Source of the DNA: Candidatus Fermentibacteraceae bacterium
GTDB lineage: Bacteria > Fermentibacterota > Fermentibacteria > Fermentibacterales > JCC-6
Length of the DNA: 64,000 bases
Assembly (NCBI GenBank): GCA_041750285.1
Contig: JBGSZS010000007.1
Span: 1 to 64,000 of the forward strand
Direction of reading: 5' to 3'
Position numbers and translations under genes: made by a program
Part shown: positions 18,884-28,226 of the stretch, piece after piece
How positions within the stretch are numbered: position 1 is the first letter of the stretch
Layout: each line of letters begins with the position of its first letter
Notes under the pieces: generated by a model
The model's database searches: none
Seen by the model: the letters and a program-made list of their open reading frames with translations, nothing else
Told to the model about the DNA's origin: nothing

Positions 18884-19831
18884 ATGGGAAGACTGGCATT
18901 TCTCTTTCCCGGTCAGGCATCCCAGCAGGTCGGGATGCAGAAACATCTCATGGACTTCCCCGAATCGAGGGAGTTCCTTGAGAAGACTTATATGCTCAGC
19001 GGAGTGCATGACCTTTTCCAGGTGATGAGCGACGGTCCGGGCGAAACGCTGACCCGAACCGATTACGCCCAGCCCGCGATCACCATGGTGAGCATCGCGA
19101 CCCTGAAGGTTCTCCAGGTGGCGGGCATCCGCCCCGAAGGAGCGGCAGGGCACAGTCTGGGCGAGTACTCGGCCCTGGTGGCCGCAGGCGTGCTCCTTCC
19201 CGAGACCGCAGTGAAACTGACCAGGCTCAGGGGTGAACTCATGCAGCGCTGTGCCGACATCCATCCCGGAGGGATGCTGGCCGTTCTCGGGCTTGATCTC
19301 GAAAAAGTCAGCAGCGCCGTAGAGCAGGCCTCCGAAATCGGTCCGGTGGGTGTTGCGAACATGAACTCTCCCGGTCAGGTGGTTATCTCCGGTGCCAGCG
19401 GCCCCCTTGAAAAGGCGGGGGAGATCTGCAGGGAACTTGGAGCCAAAAGGGTCATCCCCCTGCAGGTTTCAGGCGCGTGGCACAGTCCGCTCATGGAGGA
19501 TGCGGCCCGTGACCTCAAGAAGGCATTGAAGGAAGCCGCTTTCTACGACCCTGGGATTCCCGTCGTCGCCAATGTGACAGCCGGTTACATAACCAGTGGC
19601 GACAAGGCCCGGGAACTCCTCTCCAGGCAGGTGACTTCCCCGGTTCTCTGGGCCGCATCGATGCAGCTCATGATTGAGAACGGTTTCGACACCTTCGTGG
19701 AGGTGGGTCCTGGAACGGTCCTGCAGGGCCTGCTTTCAAAGGCAAGGGACGTCAGTGTCTACGGTACGAATGACGCCCCCGCGCTTGCCCGCACCCTTTC
19801 CGAACTGGGGGGACGGACTAAGATAAATTAG
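18884..19831 (+). CDS. fabD: Malonyl-CoA:ACP transacylase
   Basis: 'FLFPGQ', 'GHSLGEY', 'VSGAWHS', 'EVGPG'. Confidence 0.95.
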   Translation: MGRLAFLFPGQASQQVGMQKHLMDFPESREFLEKTYMLSGVHDLFQVMSDGPGETLTRTDYAQPAITMVSIATLKVLQVAGIRPEGAAGHSLGEYSALVAAGVLLPETAVKLTRLRGELMQRCADIHPGGMLAVLGLDLEKVSSAVEQASEIGPVGVANMNSPGQVVISGASGPLEKAGEICRELGAKRVIPLQVSGAWHSPLMEDAARDLKKALKEAAFYDPGIPVVANVTAGYITSGDKARELLSRQVTSPVLWAASMQLMIENGFDTFVEVGPGTVLQGLLSKARDVSVYGTNDAPALARTLSELGGRTKIN

Positions 19832-19939
19832 TTTGTCAGCGTAAATGCTTGGCAAACATTGACTAGAATGCAGCGCTGCAAATATGTTGCGCTGCATTCT
19901 TTTACGCTGACAAACTAATTTATCTTAGTCCGTCCCCCC
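19807..19939. repeat. Palindromic element copy 1: perfect 39-bp terminal inverted repeats enclosing an inner 12-bp hairpin
   Basis: 19807-19845 GGGGGGACGGACTAAGATAAATTAGTTTGTCAGCGTAAA is the exact reverse complement of 19901-19939. Inner stem AGAATGCAGCGC (19865-19876) pairs with GCGCTGCATTCT (19889-19900). Confidence 0.95.
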
Positions 19940-21239
19940 CCCTCCTCCCCAAAGCACGGTCGTGGGCAGGGAAGGCGAGTGGAGGGATATCGCTGGGGGC
20001 GAGCCACATCACTTCGGATGCGTCGTCACCGGGTGCTGGAATACCGCGGAGACCAGTGGCCCTGAAAACGTAGAGGGCTACTCCGCCGTAATCCGTGGAA
20101 TCCCTGTCGGCACCCGCAAGTTCCATGGAGTCCGCCGTGAGGCCGGTTTCCTCATGCAGCTCCCGCCTGGCGCATTCCTCGGGCGTCTCGTTCAGGTCCA
20201 TGAAGCCCCCGGGGAGGCAGAGCTCACCCATTGCGGGGGGGAAAGCCCTCCTCACGAGAAGTATCCTGCCGCTTTGATCCCTTGCCAGGACCATCACTGC
20301 GGGAAGCGGGTTTCGATAGTGAACCAGTCCGCAATCCCGGCATTCCATGTGGTCCCGCACCCCCAGCAGGCTGCCGCCGCAGACCGGACAGAATCTGGGA
20401 GCAGAGTAGAAGGCCGATTTGTCGGGGGTTTTCGGCCCAGGTCCTGCGGCCGGGAAGTGACCGATAAGGTAGCCGCCCTTCCTGCTGAAGCCGTCCCGGA
20501 TCGCTCCCCTGAGGTAGATGAGGGCCTTGCCTGCCGCTGATGCCGGATCGTGGCCGCAAGCCATGAGGGCTGCACACGCCGACGCAAGGGTGCATCCCGT
20601 GCCGTGAACCTTGCCCGGAACGATCCTTCTTCCCGGAAAGACAGTAACGCCATGTTCCGTAACCAGAATGTCCGACGGCTCTCCCTCGAGATGACCACCC
20701 TTGACCAGCACCGCCCCAGCACCGGAATCACGCAGGGCGCGGCCAGCATCCTCCATCTCCCCAAGAGTTCTGACCGTTCTGCCGGTCAGGGCCTCGGCTT
20801 CGTCAAGGTTTGGAGTAAGGAGGGAGGCGCGGGGAACAAGGTGTTTCAGAATGGTTTCTGAGAGGCCTTTTCCCGAGAGGCTGTCACCGCTTCCCGCAGC
20901 GAGAACGGGGTCCACCACCAGCGGGGCGGGGAACACCCGGCTTCCGTACACTTCGGAAACCGCCTCAACGGCGCCCGGACTGCCCAACATGCCCGTTTTC
21001 ATGCCTTGCAGCAGTCCGTCATCGCAGATCCTTATCATCTGCTCCTCGATCTGCGCCGGGCTTAGAGGGCTCCAGGAATACACCCGGCCCGAATCCTGAA
21101 CCGTGACAGCCGTCACCGCGCAGCACCCGTGGGCACCCATGGCCGCAACCGCCTTCACGTCGGCCAGAAGCCCGGCTCCGCCGCTTGGGTCCGTGCCCCC
21201 CACGAGAAGGACCACCGGTCTTGTCCCCGCACTCGCCAA
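19920..21239 (-). CDS. thiD: Fusion of HMP/HMP-P kinase (ThiD) and a Zn-ribbon NUDIX hydrolase
   Basis: 'GTDPSGGAGLLAD', 'KTGML', 'DPV', 'TPNLDEA', 'KGGH', 'HGTGC', then 'CPVCG..CRDCG' and an intact NUDIX box. Start uncertain (TTG 21239 or ATG 21278). Confidence 0.9.
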   Translation of the reverse strand: MASAGTRPVVLLVGGTDPSGGAGLLADVKAVAAMGAHGCCAVTAVTVQDSGRVYSWSPLSPAQIEEQMIRICDDGLLQGMKTGMLGSPGAVEAVSEVYGSRVFPAPLVVDPVLAAGSGDSLSGKGLSETILKHLVPRASLLTPNLDEAEALTGRTVRTLGEMEDAGRALRDSGAGAVLVKGGHLEGEPSDILVTEHGVTVFPGRRIVPGKVHGTGCTLASACAALMACGHDPASAAGKALIYLRGAIRDGFSRKGGYLIGHFPAAGPGPKTPDKSAFYSAPRFCPVCGGSLLGVRDHMECRDCGLVHYRNPLPAVMVLARDQSGRILLVRRAFPPAMGELCLPGGFMDLNETPEECARRELHEETGLTADSMELAGADRDSTDYGGVALYVFRATGLRGIPAPGDDASEVMWLAPSDIPPLAFPAHDRALGRRGGDGLR

Positions 21240-21268
21240 ACAGTGCCGGCAGGTATTAGTTTTAGGGC

Positions 21269-23056
21269 ATGTACTCATGGTCATGGATCGCACCCGTTCT
21301 ATTCTTGATTATGCTTGGCTCGGCTTCGGCCTCCACCGGACCGAGTATAGATTCGGTGTACTTCCTGGGCAATCCGCCCCTCGATGAGGATGCCCTTCTT
21401 TCCGGCACGGGCCTTGAACCCGGCGCATCCGTTTACGGGCTTTCCAGGGTTCTCGTGGGGAACGGAGTCGCCTCAAACCTGAGAAGTCATGGCTATCTGG
21501 ACGCCACGGTCGAGGTCTTGTGGCCCGCCTGGGATTCCACCAACTACACGGTGGGCATCGATGTAAGGTCAGGCAGAAGGTCGCTGCTCGGTGACGTCGA
21601 GATATCCAGCGCCGGGATAATCGGCCTCGAAGAAGTCAGGGCACTGCTGGAAGTATCCTATGGTGAACCCCTGACCCCGGCTGACACCCTTGGCTTCAGG
21701 CGAGCCCTGAGGGCGGCCTACAACGCCAGGGGCAGGATAAGGGCCGATGTCAGTTTTGAACTGCGGGATTTCGATTTTCCCGGCCCCGATTCGGTTCCCG
21801 GAACACGGACCCTTGTCTGCCGGATAGTCGAAGGTCCCCGCTTCGTTCTTGGAGAAGTCACCGTGTCGGGGCTCGAAAGCGTGCGGCAGGTCGTGGTCTC
21901 CCGGGAGATCAGCCTTAGACCGGGTGATTCGCTGAATACTGACGCGCTTCGCGAATCCCTCGCCAGGATCTATACGCTCAGGCTTTTCAACGATGTCCGG
22001 TACCGGTACCACCCCAGGGAGGATGAAGCCGTCATGGACATCGAGGTTGTAGTGCACGAACGACCTTACCACACGATCGACCTCGCCACCGGATACATTT
22101 CCCCGACTGCGGTTTTCTGGGGCGGATACTGGAAGCATCCCAACATCTGGGGAAACAATCAGCGGCTGACGGTGGGTTCCACCTGGACCCATTACTTCGC
22201 AAGCGGCCAGGAGGGCGACCTTGTGGAGCCATCGCTCTCCTACGAAGAGCCATGGTTCCTTTCCAGCAGGTGGACTGGAAAGCTCACCGGCGAGTACACC
22301 TATCTCCAGAGGAGCTTTCAGGAGGAGAGGAGCTACGGCGCTGGTCTCAGTTTCTCAAGGCTCATTCTTCCCAACCTTCGCCTCACCTGTGGCTACTCGA
22401 TTGACAGGACGCGTTTCGAATCCACTTCGGGCGATACGGTCCTCGTTCAGCCCTGGACTACGACGGGAAGCCTTAACGCCTCCCTGGTCAACGATACGCG
22501 ATCGCCAATGCTCGATCCCGTGAGAGGGCGATGGCTGATGCTGGGCGGCAAGCTGTCGGGCGGCTTTCTGGGCGGCCTCGATTTCTACAGGCTCGAGACC
22601 GAAGCCCGTTATTTCTACCCCGTCAGTGATCACCTTGTCCTGGCGGGAAGAGTGGGAGCCGGAACTGTCCAGGGGTACAACGGCCAGGTCTCCATTCCGC
22701 CGACGGACAGGTTCTATCTCGGGGGCGCAGGCACGGTGAGGGGGTATTCCTACTACGGCCTTGGTCCCCAGGACTCCGAGGGAAACCCACTTGGCGGCAA
22801 CACGATGCTGCTGGGCAATTTCGAGGCGAGGTTAAGGGTGTGGAAATTCATCGGTGTCACGGCATTCCTGGACTCCGGCGGCATCTGGAACGACCTGGAA
22901 GAGGTTTCGTCCAACGATGCCGGGCTCGGAACGGGGATGGGCATCAGGATCAGCACCCCCTTCAGCCCCATAAGGTTTGACTACGGCTTCGCGCCCACAT
23001 GGCGCGACGGATTCAAGAGGGGAAGGTTCTACTTTGCCATCGGTCAGACCTTCTAA
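21269..23056 (+). CDS. Omp85-family outer-membrane protein (TamA/BamA-like; POTRA domains plus barrel)
   Basis: Signal peptide, POTRA-like repeats, 'FYLGGAGTVRGY', C-terminal 'FYFAIGQTF'; followed by a TamB-like gene. Confidence 0.9.
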   Translation: MYSWSWIAPVLFLIMLGSASASTGPSIDSVYFLGNPPLDEDALLSGTGLEPGASVYGLSRVLVGNGVASNLRSHGYLDATVEVLWPAWDSTNYTVGIDVRSGRRSLLGDVEISSAGIIGLEEVRALLEVSYGEPLTPADTLGFRRALRAAYNARGRIRADVSFELRDFDFPGPDSVPGTRTLVCRIVEGPRFVLGEVTVSGLESVRQVVVSREISLRPGDSLNTDALRESLARIYTLRLFNDVRYRYHPREDEAVMDIEVVVHERPYHTIDLATGYISPTAVFWGGYWKHPNIWGNNQRLTVGSTWTHYFASGQEGDLVEPSLSYEEPWFLSSRWTGKLTGEYTYLQRSFQEERSYGAGLSFSRLILPNLRLTCGYSIDRTRFESTSGDTVLVQPWTTTGSLNASLVNDTRSPMLDPVRGRWLMLGGKLSGGFLGGLDFYRLETEARYFYPVSDHLVLAGRVGAGTVQGYNGQVSIPPTDRFYLGGAGTVRGYSYYGLGPQDSEGNPLGGNTMLLGNFEARLRVWKFIGVTAFLDSGGIWNDLEEVSSNDAGLGTGMGIRISTPFSPIRFDYGFAPTWRDGFKRGRFYFAIGQTF

Positions 23057-26000
23057 GACGAAGAAGAGCCATTTCAAGGCGCGCGTCATCCTCATGATCA
23101 TCGTTCTGGGAGCCGTTATCCCCTACATTCTGCTGTTGACGGGGGGGCTTTCCCGGGTCGTTCGATCACTGGTGAACACTTTCGCCAACGACGCGGACAC
23201 TTCCGTGGATGTTTACGGTTTCGCTTCGGGCATCCTGTTCGGGACCCGCGCCGACTCGGTTGTGGTAAGGGATTCCAAGGGTCTGAAAGTGATCGTCAGC
23301 GACATCACCGTGACCGGTAGCATTCTGGGCTACCTTGTTGGAACGGGCCTCGAAAACGTTCATGCTGATTCTCTGGGGATAAGGGTGCCCGCTCCCGGCG
23401 AGGGTCCTGGAACCGGTGAACCGGTCCACGACATGAGCATGCTTTTCGGGAACGTTCTCAAGGGGTTCGTAACCGAAGTGGATACCCTCAGCATCTCCCG
23501 GGGAATGATCGTCGACCATGAGGGGGCCGTGATCATCGATTCCATGAGCATAAGTGCAAGGGTGTTCCTTGACGGTCCCGCCGGGCTTGACGTTTACTCG
23601 GGAGGGGTTCGCGTTCCTGATTTCGGGTACGTATCCGGCTCCGGCTCCCTGACGCTGACTGAACAGGCCGCGACACTGGGCGGGTTTTCCGCCGTCACCC
23701 CAGCCGGTTCGGCCATTATCTCGGGGACGCTTCTCGCCGACAGCTCCCTGGCTCTCCACGGCGAGGGGACCTTCTCGACATCCTTCATGCCCGAAGCTCC
23801 TGCGGCCCAGGGTTCGATCTCCATGGACGTCGGTGGAAGCACAACGAATCCGTCCGTCACTGTGGCCATTGCCGATGGAAGAGTAACCCTCCTGGGCAGG
23901 GAGGTTTCCTTCTCGTGCGATTCGCTGACCGGAGACATGGAGGGTGTGAGCACCGGCGATGTGGATTTTAACTCACCCGGGATCAGCGGAGTCATCTCCG
24001 GCACCATGGTCTTCGGGGAAGCAGCATGGTCCGGGGCCTGCGATCTTGAGTTTGCAGGGATAGATCCCTCGGCATGGGATTCCATGGCTCCCTCCGGGCA
24101 CCTTACCGGAAGCCTGGCCGCCCGTGTGGAGGGGGCGGGATCAAGTGTCTCCGCAGGCCATGTCGAACTCGGGCTTCAGGGAAGCAGCGTGGAGGGTTAC
24201 TCCCTCGACCGTCTTGACCTGGTTGCCGATGCCGATCCATCGCGTATCGACGGAAGCATCTCGGGGGACTTTCAGGGAACTTCATTCGGCTCGGACTGGG
24301 TTGTCAATCTTGGCGAGGGTTACCGGCCCGTTTCATGGAGCGCCGAAACAACGGTTGATTCCCGGGATGCCAGGGGGCTGCTGCGTTACATCGATCCGGG
24401 TGGCGGCGTTTCTTCGATGTCAGATGTTTCCGCCCGGGTTTCGGCCCGCGGCAATCATGAGCGCATCAGACTCGTCTGCGATGCCAGGGCGGGTCGAATT
24501 CGATTTGACGGATTCGAAGCCTCGGACTTGTTCCTTTTGGGGAATGCCACGGTTGATCTTTCACCCGTGGATGGAGTGAGGGTCGGTTTTGACGGGTCTT
24601 GCGGGTTTGCAGGCCTCGGCTCTGAAAGCGCTATCCTGGCAGGTGTCCTTGTCGAAGGCATGATGACCCTTGGCATTCCCATTCAGGGCGGCCCCTCAGT
24701 GCGGTTCCTGGGAACCGCACTCGTGGACTCCGCCGCCGCCGCTGGATTCAGAGCCCTGGGCACGGTACTCGAGGCGGACGTCTCCCTGTCGGAAGGCCTT
24801 CCCTCGGGAGATGTCCGCCTGATGAGCGATGCGATCGAAACCCCCAGCGGGGGGATGTCCCTTGGAATCCGTGCCGAGTCCAGGAACGGTATGATCCGCG
24901 TCGACTCACTGGAGATACTTCATGAGCAGGGAGCCCGTGTGTTTGCAGCACTCTCTGCCGAGATACACGAGGATTCGTTCAGTGTGGAGCTGGATTCCCT
25001 CAGGGTCACCATGAACAAACTGAGGCTTGTCAGGGCCGGGGGGGGCGAGCTCACAGTGAGCCCCGATGGAACCGTTGGCGTGGATACGCTCTGGCTGGAC
25101 CCCCCCGCGGGCTACATCAGCGGCAGCGGCTCTCTTGGCCCCAATGGCGAAATCGACGCCATATTCAATGCCGGATCGGTGGATATCGCGTCCCTTGGAC
25201 TCATTCTCGGTCTGGACCTTCCAGTGTCAGGGGTGTTCGACTGCATCATCGAGGCCAGGGGTCATCCAGGCGCTCTCGAGGCTTTCGTTCACGCCAGCGT
25301 TGATGACCCCACCTTCGGCTCATGGACCCAGGGCGACAGCATCACCGTCGATGCAGCCCTTTCCGGCGGAGACCTCGTTGTCGACGGGGTCTGGATCTGG
25401 AGCGAAGGGGTGAGGAGCGGTGTCAGCCTGACGATGGACAGGGTCTGGAACGGAACCGCCATCGATCTTTCGCCCGAGAGGCTCGTCAGTCTCGAAGCCG
25501 AGCTCACAGGGATCGGCGACTGGCTTCTTTACATCCTTCCCTTCCCCGTGATGACAAGCGGTGCCAGCATCAGCTCGAGGATAGAATACAGCAGGGAAGA
25601 GCCCTATCTTTCCGCCAACCTCGCCGGGCACTTCCAGAGGTTCTTCATTGCCGGGGCCCAGCTCGAGTTCCCCATGTCATCCATATACATCTCCTATCCT
25701 GATGAAAGCAGTGACGACGAATACAACGCCTCGTTCCGGATCACCAGCGGCCAGGGCCGGAACCCGGCACTTACCGCAGAGCTGCGTGCCGAACTGATCG
25801 AAAACATTCCTCTGAGGACCGGTGAAGTGCCCGTGGAGCTTGCGGGTTACGATCTCAGGGCGGAATTGAACGGATGGGAGACCATCCTCAGCGGTCTGGG
25901 ATGGGTCTCCCTCAGCGGCAACCTCTTGGCGACGTCTTCCGAACCCGGACAAAGGCCTCTTCTTAGGGGAAAGATCAGGCTGGATGAGGGCGTGATAGCC

Positions 26001-26816
26001 CTTCAAAGCCAGCAGGCTGCGGCGGGCGATGGCGGAGAGTCTGAACAGCAGGACCTTCCCTTCGACCTCTACATTGCGGTTCAGGCCGAGCGCGGCCTCT
26101 GGCTCAGAAGCAGCTACATGAACATCGAGCTGGCGGCGGACATAACGGTACTGACCCAGGACCGCCGACCGTTGTTCACTGGCAACATCAGCGTTGTAAG
26201 GGGAACTGTCAGTGTTCTGAACAAGGATTTCCGCATCACCAGCGGTTCTGTCGAGATAATCCAGGGCAACCCTCCCGGCTTCATGCTGAATATCCTTGCC
26301 GAGGCCAGGGTAAGAAGCTCGATGAGCCGTGAGGTCTACACCATCGAGGTGAACGTTACCGGTGATCCCGAAAACCCCGAGATAGCGCTTTCGGGAAGCG
26401 GCGTATCCGGTGATCTGACGAACGAGGACATAGTGACCCTTCTCACACTGGGAATGACCTATGGCGAGATGCAGCAGATGGATTCAGGCGCGCTGGAAAC
26501 CGAGCTGGAAAGCGTTACGCAGGGGATGCTGGGCAACATGATAGCGCGAAGCATCAGGGAGGGCATGGGCTTCGATGCCCTTTCCATAAGCCCCGACCTT
26601 CTCTCCGACTCGACGGGGCTCACCGTTGAAGTCGGGAAATACGTTCTTCCCAACCTTTACGTCAGTTTCGTCGATGACGTTTTCAGTGTCAAGCCCGGCA
26701 CAATAAGCGCCCAGTACTACTTCAACCGGGACATCTACCTTGAGGGAAGTTCGAAGACCACGATCTCCGGGAATCAGGAACCCACCATAGAACTCCACTA
26801 CACGATACGGTACTGA
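23034..26816 (+). CDS. TamB-like translocation and assembly module protein
   Basis: N-terminal TM anchor, long beta-rich body, TamB-like C-terminus ('VTGDPENPEIALS', 'VGKYVLPNLYVS'). Start estimated. Confidence 0.82.
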   Translation: MPSVRPSKTKKSHFKARVILMIIVLGAVIPYILLLTGGLSRVVRSLVNTFANDADTSVDVYGFASGILFGTRADSVVVRDSKGLKVIVSDITVTGSILGYLVGTGLENVHADSLGIRVPAPGEGPGTGEPVHDMSMLFGNVLKGFVTEVDTLSISRGMIVDHEGAVIIDSMSISARVFLDGPAGLDVYSGGVRVPDFGYVSGSGSLTLTEQAATLGGFSAVTPAGSAIISGTLLADSSLALHGEGTFSTSFMPEAPAAQGSISMDVGGSTTNPSVTVAIADGRVTLLGREVSFSCDSLTGDMEGVSTGDVDFNSPGISGVISGTMVFGEAAWSGACDLEFAGIDPSAWDSMAPSGHLTGSLAARVEGAGSSVSAGHVELGLQGSSVEGYSLDRLDLVADADPSRIDGSISGDFQGTSFGSDWVVNLGEGYRPVSWSAETTVDSRDARGLLRYIDPGGGVSSMSDVSARVSARGNHERIRLVCDARAGRIRFDGFEASDLFLLGNATVDLSPVDGVRVGFDGSCGFAGLGSESAILAGVLVEGMMTLGIPIQGGPSVRFLGTALVDSAAAAGFRALGTVLEADVSLSEGLPSGDVRLMSDAIETPSGGMSLGIRAESRNGMIRVDSLEILHEQGARVFAALSAEIHEDSFSVELDSLRVTMNKLRLVRAGGGELTVSPDGTVGVDTLWLDPPAGYISGSGSLGPNGEIDAIFNAGSVDIASLGLILGLDLPVSGVFDCIIEARGHPGALEAFVHASVDDPTFGSWTQGDSITVDAALSGGDLVVDGVWIWSEGVRSGVSLTMDRVWNGTAIDLSPERLVSLEAELTGIGDWLLYILPFPVMTSGASISSRIEYSREEPYLSANLAGHFQRFFIAGAQLEFPMSSIYISYPDESSDDEYNASFRITSGQGRNPALTAELRAELIENIPLRTGEVPVELAGYDLRAELNGWETILSGLGWVSLSGNLLATSSEPGQRPLLRGKIRLDEGVIALQSQQAAAGDGGESEQQDLPFDLYIAVQAERGLWLRSSYMNIELAADITVLTQDRRPLFTGNISVVRGTVSVLNKDFRITSGSVEIIQGNPPGFMLNILAEARVRSSMSREVYTIEVNVTGDPENPEIALSGSGVSGDLTNEDIVTLLTLGMTYGEMQQMDSGALETELESVTQGMLGNMIARSIREGMGFDALSISPDLLSDSTGLTVEVGKYVLPNLYVSFVDDVFSVKPGTISAQYYFNRDIYLEGSSKTTISGNQEPTIELHYTIRY

Positions 26817-26822
26817 CGGCGA

Positions 26823-28226
26823 TCAGATCCCGTAGACCAGCCTCATCGAAGCCCTCGTGTCACTGGCAGTCGAGTCCTGCACATTGCCGGCATTGCTTGA
26901 GCTGCAGTATCCAGCGGATCCGTAAAGGGTGAAATCCCCTGAAAGCCTGTAGCTGAGATTGAGCTCGATGTCTCTTGTGTACTCGATGATCCCGGAGGGC
27001 CAGGGTTCTCCCGCCACCACGGTATCGCCGAAACCGTCGTAGACCGTTCCCACCCCATGACGGGAAAGGCTTCCGCGAAGCTCGGCGGTCATTGGCCAGA
27101 GACCCGCGTACCCGAGCGAGAGAGTTGCCCTGTCAGCATCGGGACCGAGTTCACTCCCGATTATCCTGTCATTGTGGAGGAAGATGTTGCGGAGGTGTTT
27201 CTGGCTGTAGACGTACTTCGCAATGGCGGTGTACTCAGCGGTGAGAGCGAGGCCGGTCGACGGGCTTGCCCAGTCCAGTCCCACCGTACCGCCCATCTTG
27301 TTGGGCCTGTTGTAGGTGGTCTGGTACTGGATGTCATCGATGAGCCACTCCATGTAGGCCACCAAACCAGGCGCAGGTTTCCATGTTGCATCGAGACCCA
27401 TGAACAGGTTGTCGTCGTCCTGTTCGTTCCACTGGACTGCGTACCAGAAGAGAATCGGGTTGGTGTAGGCGAAGTCAAAGGTCGTTGTTGTGTAGAAAGC
27501 GCCTTCGTAAAGTCCCAGGCGAAGATTGTCAGTTGGAAGGATGTCCAGCCTGTGGGCACAGAACCAACTCCCCGAATCCGGCTCGATGGTCGAGGTGAAC
27601 CCTGAAAAGGTGACCCGGTCAGATATGTTGAAGTAAGCCCTGAGCTGGTCGAGAGGGGGTGAGTTGTCACTCACAAGGAGCTGGGTGAACCTTCCGGGTC
27701 CCCACTGCTGGGCGAATCGCCCCAGCCTCACGGAGACCCTCGGTGAAGAGTAGTCGATGAATCCCCAGTCGCTGTAAAGGTGCCTTCCGGGTTCCTGATT
27801 GGGGTGTATGTGATACTCGGAGAAGCCCCCGGGCGGCAGGTCGTCACTGCCTGTCCATACTGAGGCCTGGTGGTCGAATGTTAGGCCTTCGGCCAGAGCG
27901 CCTGTCACCCTGAACTTCACCCCGGCGGAGCTTTCAAAGGCTTCGCTATGATAACTGCCCTGCAAGGCGGCCTCGATACCCCAGAGAATGCTCTCGCTGA
28001 AGAAGTTCCTGTTCGGTCTTGACGAACGCCGCAAGATGTCTTCCGAAAGACCTGCGAACTCCCCTCCTGTCATCAGAGGTGCAGGCGACGGAAGGATCGC
28101 GCTGAAAAGGGTGTCTCCCGCCGCCTCCATGTGCCTCAGCCACAGGCCGAAGGGCTCTTCGAGGGGCAGGCCTGAGGCAAGAAGAGTGGTTCCGAGAACA
28201 AGCGTCGGAGCGAGCAGCTTTTTCAA
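26823..28226 (-). CDS. Capsule assembly Wzi-family outer-membrane beta-barrel
   Basis: Signal peptide; 'GRFAQQWGPG...LLVSDNSPPLD', 'HRLDI', 'DDNLFMG'. Confidence 0.7.
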   Translation of the reverse strand: MKKLLAPTLVLGTTLLASGLPLEEPFGLWLRHMEAAGDTLFSAILPSPAPLMTGGEFAGLSEDILRRSSRPNRNFFSESILWGIEAALQGSYHSEAFESSAGVKFRVTGALAEGLTFDHQASVWTGSDDLPPGGFSEYHIHPNQEPGRHLYSDWGFIDYSSPRVSVRLGRFAQQWGPGRFTQLLVSDNSPPLDQLRAYFNISDRVTFSGFTSTIEPDSGSWFCAHRLDILPTDNLRLGLYEGAFYTTTTFDFAYTNPILFWYAVQWNEQDDDNLFMGLDATWKPAPGLVAYMEWLIDDIQYQTTYNRPNKMGGTVGLDWASPSTGLALTAEYTAIAKYVYSQKHLRNIFLHNDRIIGSELGPDADRATLSLGYAGLWPMTAELRGSLSRHGVGTVYDGFGDTVVAGEPWPSGIIEYTRDIELNLSYRLSGDFTLYGSAGYCSSSNAGNVQDSTASDTRASMRLVYGI

